The notes below the pieces were generated by a model. It was not told the origin of the DNA. It made no database searches and saw nothing but the letters and a program-made list of their open reading frames with translations. The position numbers were made by a program, and so were the translations under genes. This document shows positions 9,001-14,100 of a DNA stretch of 64,000 nucleotides, piece by piece (positions within the stretch are counted from its first letter, which is position 1; each line of letters begins with the position of its first letter). Source of the DNA: an uncultured Candidatus Saccharibacteria bacterium (lineage in GTDB: Bacteria; Patescibacteriota; Saccharimonadia; Saccharimonadales; JAUPVS01); contig CAYWVZ010000005.1 of assembly GCA_964462215.1 (NCBI GenBank), positions 2,592-66,591 on the forward strand, read 5' to 3'.

Positions 9001-10113
9001 ATAACAGCTGTTCCTGGCACCGGTGTGGCGAATTACGCAGCGTCATTCTACAATGGTGATGGTTCGTTTGCAACTCGGTACGGTCTGCTGGTGCAAGGTG
9101 GTCTGTCGGCCGGGACGGGAACAACCTATTATTTGACCGCTCGAGACGGGGATGGCAGCAGTGTCGGGTATCTGGCCAATATTAACGGCACCTTTGCCGT
9201 AACTGACGTATCGGATGTCCGTACTAAGACTAATATCGAGGATACCGAAGAGAACGGACTTGATGTAATAAACGGCCTGCGCGTAGTGGACTTTAACCGT
9301 ATCGACAGCCCTGGCGGCCCGCGTATCACCGGTTTCATCGCCCAAGAGGTCCAGGGTGTCTACAGCAAGGCTGTCACCGTTGGTGATGACGGTATGCTCG
9401 GCCTACAAAAAGACGCCTTTATACCGGTGCTGGTCAAAGCCGTCCAGGAGCAACAGGGTATGATAACCGCCTTGCAAGGTGATAACATCCAGCAGACCGG
9501 TACCATCGGCCAATTGGACACTCGGGTTGCCAGCCTTGAACAGCAGGTGAATAACCCGGTCTTGCCGCAGAGTGCCAACTTTGCCGACATCAACATCAGT
9601 AACTTGGCGACCATCAATACCCTGAGCGTTACCGGTTCGGCCACCATTGCTACCTTGACCGTGAGCGGTAACGCCAACGTTGGCGGCAACCTGATTGTTA
9701 GCGGCGACACCACCGTAGCCAACCTGTTCGTGCAGGGTAAGATCATCAGCCGCGGCGCCAAGCCGACGGCCGATCGCGGTACCGCCCTACAAAACGCCGA
9801 CGCCACAGCCGAGGTAGAAGTCAGCGGCACCGACAGTGCCGGTACACTGGTTATTACCACCGGCGCACTGGCCAACCCGGCTCAGCCGTTGACCAGCGGC
9901 ATCCTGGCCGAAGTCACGTTCTCGTCACCGTTCCCGGTCATGCCGCGGGTTGTCATCACGCCGACCACCGCCGACGCCGTCGGCCTGCCGGTCTTTATCG
10001 AAAAGACCGCCACCGGCTTCAAGCTAATAACCACCGGTGACCCGGTTCCGGGCATGACATATTCCTTCGATTACATAATTGTCGGCGGCGAGACCGTCAG
10101 CTCCACAAATTAA
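1..10113 (+). CDS. Giant tail-fibre-like repetitive surface protein (>3370 aa; 5' end lies outside the window) with an internal peptidase-S74-type intramolecular chaperone domain
   Basis: A single uninterrupted ORF runs from base 1 to TAA at 10111-10113. Composition is G/T/N/A-rich. Recurrent fibre-type motifs are present: GNVGIGTTNP..L.V, YGSASQVATFTVDQQGRLTAA, and P(T/S)Y(T/S)W.(G/A)D..TG(I/M)Y. An S74-like block lies near the C-terminus. Confidence 0.9.
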   Translation: MGATGQTFTLQGDAASTLTATGGGFTTTIGFNGTPTGNVAYNFDRSVTAGTYTICTTYGNCSGTGGGVTTPGGTTGRIAKFTGSSVIGDSILSEAGSVITVLGDAVVQGGSLSVGEASTTTGGITLYNDTNGNTITLQAGATGGNLTFTLPTADGTSGQCIKTDGFGNFSFGDCLGGGGGGVASLNGLTGTLNILGAAGQITVTPGGSDITIALDDTAVTPGSYGSASAVATFTVDQQGRLTAATTTSIAIDANQITTGTLTVERGGTGAGTFTSGGILYGNGTGAIQAMPVLTNGQLLIGDGSGAPTAATLTQGTGIDITNGAGSITVAVDTTYFGSNYFAQDGNSFGAAAILGTNDNFDLNFETNGTTKMTVLANGNVGIGNASPQAKLHVSGTGRFVSVGTDDFAGTTGLFVQAGNSNTAVSALTLRNRNAGSGAGTDIDFNLGGTNMVIGRIRYQRDSGGAFTAFYGYNGSTVAERLRITSNGDLNITAGAGTLQTAGVTRLTNSGVLQNVTNADASTFFTGGTLTVARGGTGIGSVGSAGSLAYSNGTTYAFTGVGSAGECLISDGANTPQWGNCIAGAGDILQGGNSFGTDMTIGTNDNFALNFETNGTTRMIVTNAGDVGIGTSSVNPSGFGTRSLAVADTNTNGRVQLDLIGNRSSSGNVVGQLAGYQTASNRIGAVSFVRGTSANSGYLLFATANSGTLTDRLSIGQTGNVDILGGDLQTAGVTRLTNAGVLQNVTNADAGTFFTGGTLTVARGGTGIGSVGSAGSVAFSNGSTYGFTGVGTSGQCLVSAGTGTPTWGACTGPGDILQNGNSFGADMTIGTNDNFALNFETNGTTKLTVLANGNVGINNTNPQTVLDVEGVITARGNSGQFEAYNGSGNRYFRVNTSGNQGYLEIANGAGASRVLLDSNGVSYLNGGSVGIGTTNPAGGKLEVRTNRDVAQAFAVTGNTSSEGVRIFTTDSSAVIHSFQDESSGSAGNLVIRLGDKVGQTPFFSVNNYTTGSDVNLFQVASNGDTNLVSGALQTGGTTRLTNAGVLQNVTNADAGTFFTGGTLTVARGGTGIGTVGSAGSVAFSNGTTYGFTAAGTSGQCLVSAGTGTPTWGACTGPGDILQNGNSFGADMTIGTNDNFALNFETNGTTKMTIDAGGNVGIGGSASNKLTVTGNTNITGNLGIGLATSPTVKLSIEDDIATAFNSSDIAASGLLAAIRNGQNSVGNASTIQLSSFNARSTISSVYTSTNSAALVFGTNNGSTAVVERLRITPAGNVNIVSGVLQTAGVTRLTSAGVLQNVTNADAGTFFTGGTLTVARGGTGIGTIGSAGSVAFSNGTTYGFTGVGTSGQCLVSAGAGTPTWGACTGPGDILQNGNSFGADMTIGTNDNFALNLETNGTTKLTVGTNGDVNIVSGVLQTAGTTRLTSAGVLQNVTNANAATFFTGGALTVPRGGTGVASMTVGGILFGNGSSPITNSGVLTNGQLLIGDGSGAPTVGTLTGGTGIGVVNGAGTITLNLANTAVTPASYGSASQVATFTVDQQGRLTAASSVPIAINANQVTAGTLAIARGGTNSTATPTAGAIAYGTGSAFAFTAAGTSGQCLLSAGIGAPTWGSCSGVGDIVQGGNSFGTAMIIGTNDNQALQLETNGTTKMTVLQGGNVGIGTTNPTRKLEVVGGQIYTESTGGPSAFIANRTDGRATALLAGSSNSAFLFDSSGQFQIQARSKTNILAGSGSSSAGLFTILANGNVGIGPNITPTQLLDVQGGNINTSGNILTGGTTRLTNAGVLQNVTNADASTFFTGGLLGIARGGTGIGTVGSAGSLAFSNGSTYAFTAAGSSGQCLLSAGAGTPTWGSCSGVGDIVQGGNSFGTVMTIGTNDNFALNLETNGTTKLTILPDASNYVGIGTTSPTAGLHILRSDTQFLLIDRSSSNNAPVQYRNTIASMFAGLDAAGHFAIGPTNNLSSAGQLRVHRTSGDVDVTGGALQTAGTTRLTNAGVLQNVTNADISTFFTGGTLPVVRGGTGVTSVGSAGSIAYSNGSTYAFSSAGSTGQCLLSGGTGSPTWSTCAPSPGTSLMTLQGTSGTPQSILVGDTVTIAAGTNITTTAGATDTVTVAVVDNPTFATSVTTPVLNVSSRINGNASDTTAAPTYTWTGDTATGIYRPGAGQVGITSGGTTIATFSSTEVNLSSSVRLNLAGVPVVEGSAGSANPKVFRNLASYYSTASPDTGAIVIKTNIPRGNLLNRVRLLGYVYDSGNQSPVLDVTISGYWYDSGYSWPNRGYVYEGRQPSNVRFGVDAGDNVVIIVGDVADTWHDPSFHITEWLVSRNNSTVPDSYGDNWEVGIENDLSAYSNMSSVPDTTKGSTANPFTAFNVSGTTTSGSFIQGVNQVCDVSNNCNYATAGQFATAIVQGGNSFGTDMTIGTNDNFDLNLKTNGVTRLIIRANGNINIPSSALQTGGTTRLTSAGVLQNVTNANAGTFFTGGTLPNAQLVNSGALTVTAGTGLSGGGSVALGGTTTIDLANTTVAAGSYGSASQVATFTVDAQGRLTAAADTSIAIDATQITGGTLPVARGGTGAATFTSGGILYGNGTGAVQATPVLTNGQLLIGDGSGAPTVGTLTQGTGIDIANGAGTITVGLDTTYLGSNYFAQGGNSFGGAATLGTNDSNVLNLETAGTTKVTIDTSGNTNIVSGALQTNGTTRLTNGGALQNISTITASSTVTAALFSGSGASLTSLNASNLSSGTVANARISGAYTNFSNITGSGNVDFARFLGNTADSAGAPSFSWTGDPNTGMYWIGADQIGFSTGSALRVGISSSGLDVASGNLLTGGTIRVTSAGALQNITTVTTSGAINGQTISSAANFTGTLNVVTSVTSPTYNVGTRIQGTNVGSPSVPTYTWSANPDTGIYYVGIASAIGFSIDGSLKATISTGGFGVSGSISFDQALGQGSSGAPTYSFFNDTNTGMYRAGADQIGFSAGGTTGMRVDTGGVDVIGALAVTGTQITAVPGTGVANYAASFYNGDGSFATRYGLLVQGGLSAGTGTTYYLTARDGDGSSVGYLANINGTFAVTDVSDVRTKTNIEDTEENGLDVINGLRVVDFNRIDSPGGPRITGFIAQEVQGVYSKAVTVGDDGMLGLQKDAFIPVLVKAVQEQQGMITALQGDNIQQTGTIGQLDTRVASLEQQVNNPVLPQSANFADINISNLATINTLSVTGSATIATLTVSGNANVGGNLIVSGDTTVANLFVQGKIISRGAKPTADRGTALQNADATAEVEVSGTDSAGTLVITTGALANPAQPLTSGILAEVTFSSPFPVMPRVVITPTTADAVGLPVFIEKTATGFKLITTGDPVPGMTYSFDYIIVGGETVSSTN
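1492..6200 (+). repeat. Seven in-frame copies of a ~130-aa coding module separated by variable-length unique inserts
   Basis: The module reads LQT.G.TRLT.AGVLQNVTNA.A.TFFTGG.L.V.RGGTG...GSAGS.A.SNG.TY.F...G.SGQCL.S.G.G.PTWG.C.G.GDI.Q.GNSFG..M.IGTNDN.AL..ETNGTT. Copies start at about 1492, 2179, 3091, 3844, 4246 (interrupted by another module), 5320 and 5950 (truncated). Further partial copies start at about 7357 and 8060. Amino acids are highly conserved, while many third codon positions differ between copies. Confidence 0.85.
9190..9555 (+). other. Peptidase S74-like intramolecular chaperone auto-processing domain, internal to the giant ORF
   Basis: The sequence reads VTDVSDVRTKTNIEDTEENGLDVINGLRVVDFNR...ITGFIAQEVQGVYSKAVTV...GLQKDAFIPVLVKAVQEQQGMITALQ...LEQQV. 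Ser (codon 9211-9213) and Lys (codon 9226-9228) have the S-x4-K spacing of the endosialidase / tail-spike C-terminal chaperone dyad. Confidence 0.7.
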
Positions 10114-10120
10114 GGTGTAT

Positions 10121-11050
10121 ATGACAAGCCGACTACTATATACTACATACAAAAGCATGAGCATTATGACACATCTAGTATATATTTTGCGACGTTGCAG
10201 TTTGGCTTCCGTGACGGCTTGTATAGTGGCTGTGCTGGCCGTGCCATTTGTTGCCGGAGTGGCCTTTGCCGGTAATCATCCTGCAGGCGCCCAGGTCGCC
10301 AACGCCGCCGCGTCATTATCGTATGGCTTCCCGACGCAAGATGCCGAACTGGTGGTAGGCATGGCTGCTGCCTCAATCAACGGCAGCACGCCCGATAGCA
10401 GCCAGCAACCGCCCTTGGTGGAGCGGGCCAGCAGCGACCAAGCCGATCGTTACATTGGTATCGTAACCAGCATTAAGCCGATGGCCGCCCGCCCGGGTGT
10501 CAGCGAAGTGTTTGTTACCCAATCCGGGCAGACCGAAGCCTACGCCACAGACCTAAATGGTGAGGTCCAAAAAGGGGACAGTCTTGCCTTATCGCCGTTG
10601 CGCGGAGTACTCATGAAAGCCTCTGACGCCACTCGGACAGTTGTCGGTACTGCCCAATCTGACTTTAACGTGGCCGCCGGTGAGCGGGTAGAGATAGCGA
10701 CCGGACAGAACGGCGCCCAAACGGCGCGGATCGGCTCCGTTTCGATCAACGTAAACTTGCAAACCAGGCCCGAAATCACCGGCAATGCATTCCTTATTAA
10801 TCTGGGTTCTGCTATTGCCGGCAAACCCGTTAGCCAGGGAAGGGTTATTGCCGCTGCCTTTATCCTTGCCTTGCTATTGGTTATTGAGGGGGCAATTATC
10901 TACAGTGCCGTTCATAGCAGTGTCACTGCTATTGGCCGGAACCCGCTGGCCCGCGGGGCAATCTTTAAAGAACTTATTAATGTTTCGTTGCTGATACTGC
11001 TTGTAATGACGGCCGGCCTAGGGGTCGCGTATCTTGTTGTATGGTTTTAA
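10121..11050 (+). CDS. Hypothetical membrane protein (N-terminal signal/TM segment, soluble middle, two C-terminal TM helices) located between the two fibre-like genes
   Basis: The ORF-track frame begins at 10079. ATG 10121 lies 8 nt after the upstream stop and is preceded by AAGGTG. Hydrophobic segments are ASVTACIVAVLAVPFVAGVAFAG and VIAAAFILALLLVIEGAIIY...LINVSLLILLVMTAGLGVAYLVVWF. I recognise no family. Confidence 0.6.
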   Translation: MTSRLLYTTYKSMSIMTHLVYILRRCSLASVTACIVAVLAVPFVAGVAFAGNHPAGAQVANAAASLSYGFPTQDAELVVGMAAASINGSTPDSSQQPPLVERASSDQADRYIGIVTSIKPMAARPGVSEVFVTQSGQTEAYATDLNGEVQKGDSLALSPLRGVLMKASDATRTVVGTAQSDFNVAAGERVEIATGQNGAQTARIGSVSINVNLQTRPEITGNAFLINLGSAIAGKPVSQGRVIAAAFILALLLVIEGAIIYSAVHSSVTAIGRNPLARGAIFKELINVSLLILLVMTAGLGVAYLVVWF

Positions 11051-11067
11051 AACAGTACCGGTTATAT

Positions 11068-11073
11068 TATAAT
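11068..11073 (+). promoter_or_regulatory. Candidate -10 box (TATAAT) upstream of the second fibre-like gene
   Basis: The sequence ttatatTATAATgacaac sits in the 67-nt gap after the membrane-protein gene, about 44 nt upstream of ATG 11118. Confidence 0.3.
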
Positions 11074-11117
11074 GACAACAGAGTGAGAAGCCTAATCACC
11101 ACAACTAAAACAAAACT

Positions 11118-14100
11118 ATGGCCAACATAAACCCACTTCCAGCTCGTCCATCGACCGACCCCATGCAAACAGGGAGTCTTTTTAATGCCCCGGGCTCTGA
11201 GGTTGTGACCGATGTACGGTCCCCGACAGAAGGGGTAGACAGTCTGGCCGATAGTCTGGAAGAACCTACCACCGCTGACCCGCCAAGCGGTTTTTCGGCT
11301 GCTCGTAACTCCTCAGGTGGTGGTGCCGTGAGTCCGCCGCCCCAACAACCGCTTAGTACCACTCGGCGCGTCCAGTTGGCGGTCGCCGTTATAGCGTTAC
11401 TGCTGCTAGGCGGCTTTGCCTTTGTTATTACACGCGGAGCCCGGAATTTCTCGAACCAGAACGATATCATCGCCAATACTACCCCAACCCAAGCAGTCAT
11501 GCCGACATTGAACTCCTTAGAGGTTTCGGCCAAACAACCGTTGTTATTGCAGGGTGCGGCCAGCTCCGAGCTACAATTTATTGGCGCGCAAGGCTCCACT
11601 ACACTGTTATTTGCCGAACCGACACTTGTCAATTCGATTACGTTTCCTAATGCCAGCGGCCTGGTCTGCGTAAACAGTAATAACTGCGGTTATGCTACCC
11701 AAGCCGAGCTAACCCAGCTGGCCGGTACGGTGCAACAGGTACAGCCCGGTCAGCCGGCAGTACCCGGAGCCACCGGTGTAACTTCGCTGAACGGAGCGGT
11801 GGGTACTATAGTTGTTCAAGGTAGCCCCAATCAGATAATTGTAAGCGGCAGCAATGTTATAACTATAGCCACGCCCCAAGACATCGCCTTTAGCAGTTCG
11901 CCGCAGTTTGCGGGGCTAACGCTCACTGGCACCGGCACTCAAAACGGTTCGGCTATCTGTGATGCCAGTAATAATTGTAATTATGCGCCGGCCTCTGGAT
12001 CAGGCAACTATATTTGGAACGGCACTGGTTTGCAGTCCAATGCCAACTTTAATATTCGCGGCGCTGCTGCCGGCAACGTGGTTGGTGCCATCCGCGGCGC
12101 CGCCGGCCAAACGGCCAACATCTTTGAGGTCCAAGAAGAAAGCGGCTCGACGGTTATCAGTGTAGATAGCGGCGGCAACCTTGGCGTTGGCAGTGCCGCG
12201 CCCAATGCCCGCCTCGAAGTAGCGGGCGGCCGCACGTTCCTGGGCACCGGCACTCTTACCGCCCACGACCAGAACAACGTCATCCTCTTTAGTAATGCCG
12301 CCGGTACTGCTGCCCAGGCCGGTAACTTCCAAAACGCGCTAATCCTCTATGGCGGCGGCGGGCAAACCCGCACCCTGCGCCTAAGCCAGAACTACAACGG
12401 CGCTGCCTACATCGACACTAATTTTTCTGAACTGCGTTTGCGCACCCTAGCCAATAATGCCAACATAGTGCTGGAGGCTGACGGCGCCGGGCAGATCATA
12501 CTAAACAATATTACACAGGTAGCTGCGCTGGGTGCAGCTACCGGCAACAGCCTGGTGTGCCGTAATAACCTCAACCAGCTGGCCGCTTGTACAGCCATAC
12601 CGGGCACCGGCGATATTAACCAGGACGGCAACATGTTCGGCGAGAACGTTGTCATCGGCGCTCAAGACGACTTCGGCATGGACTTCATTACCCACAACAC
12701 CGTGGTGCAGAGCCTATCGAACACCGGTCAGGCTACATTCCAAAACGCCGTCGATTCGGCCACCGCCTTTCAGATCCAAAACGCCGCCGGCACAGCCGTC
12801 TTTAATTACGATACTACCGACCAAACGCTGACTCTGCGGGCCGGCACTGACCAGGGTGTCACCGGCAGCGAGCTGGCCAACAACGATTTCAGCGGCGACT
12901 GGACAGGCAGCGGCTGGACACTCGGCGCCAGCGATGCCACTCACAACACCGGCAATACCGACACGCTGGAGCCGACTACGCCGCTAACTATAACCGGCGG
13001 CAACTACTACATTGTTTCCTATCAGGTAAGCAACCGTAATGCCGGCAGCGTCAACTTTACTCTGGGCAATACTGCCGGTACGGCGGTCATTAATAATGCG
13101 ACCACTGCTCAGGTTGTCCGGGCCGGCAACGTCGACAACCTGATACTCACGCCCACTAGCGATTTTGACGGTACCATCTCGAATGTCTCGGTTAAGCAAG
13201 TTACACCGTTCAACTCTGTCCTGACAGGGCAAAAAACCGACGGAGAGACTCGCCTGGAAGTCAGGGTCGCTGCCGAAAACGGTACGCTACTGATAGGCCG
13301 AAACGTCGGTATGCTCAACCAAGGCGGTAACAACGTTGCCCTGGGCTACGACACGTTTGCGCACAACACTACCGGCAACGGCAACACTGCGCTTGGGGCG
13401 AATGCATTGCAGCATAATGTCACTGGCAGTGTTAACACTGCTCTGGGCTACCTGGCTCTACAGTTTAATACTACCGGTTCTAACAATGTGGCTGTCGGCT
13501 GGCTAGCGCTCGGACATAATACATCGGGTGGTGATAATGTCGCCGTAGGGCGTTCCGCTCTGGAATTAAACCTAACCGGCGAGGGCAATGTGGCCCTGGG
13601 CCAAAGCGCTTTACACAATAATACCACTGGTAGCCGCAACATTGCCATTGGCCAAAATACGATGGGGGACAACACCAGCGGCGAGCTTAACGTAGCAATC
13701 GGCGGGTCTAGTCTCAACCGCAATACCACAGGGCAACTAAACGTGGTGCTTGGTCATGATGCCGGCCGGAGTATAACCACTGGTGATGGAAACCTGGTTT
13801 TGCAAGGCATGCGCGATACGGGCGTTTCGACAACCGGTACCCAAAACGTAGCATTGGGCTGGGATACGCTTAATCGTGTAACCAGCGGCCAACGCAACGT
13901 GGCAGTGGGTAGCGGAGCGGGCCAGGGCATAACCACCGGCGAATGGAATCTGGCAATCTTCGGTATGAGCAACACCGGTGCTTCAACCACCGGCAGCAAC
14001 AACATCGCCATCGGCCGTGAAACCGGTAACCAGCTGACCAGCGGCGAACTCAACACTATCGTCGGCCACACGGCGCTTAACCGGGCTAGCACCGGCAGCC

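Noticed and set aside
1-10113. The possibility that the regular repeats in the first 10 kb are a CRISPR array, or the variable/template repeats of a diversity-generating retroelement.
   Set aside because: The repeats are ~400 nt long, in frame, and conserved at the protein level within one ORF, with no short direct repeat/spacer organisation. No reverse transcriptase is present in the window, and differences between copies are not adenine-specific.
10850-11050. The C-terminal hairpin of the 10121-11050 protein (helix, AIGRNPLA loop, helix) as an ATP-synthase c-subunit-like proteolipid.
   Set aside because: Only the short R-N-P loop resembles the c-subunit R-Q/N-P loop. Helix 1 lacks the GxGxGxG packing motif, and the acidic residue in helix 2 is not at the expected depth. 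The resemblance is likely coincidental.
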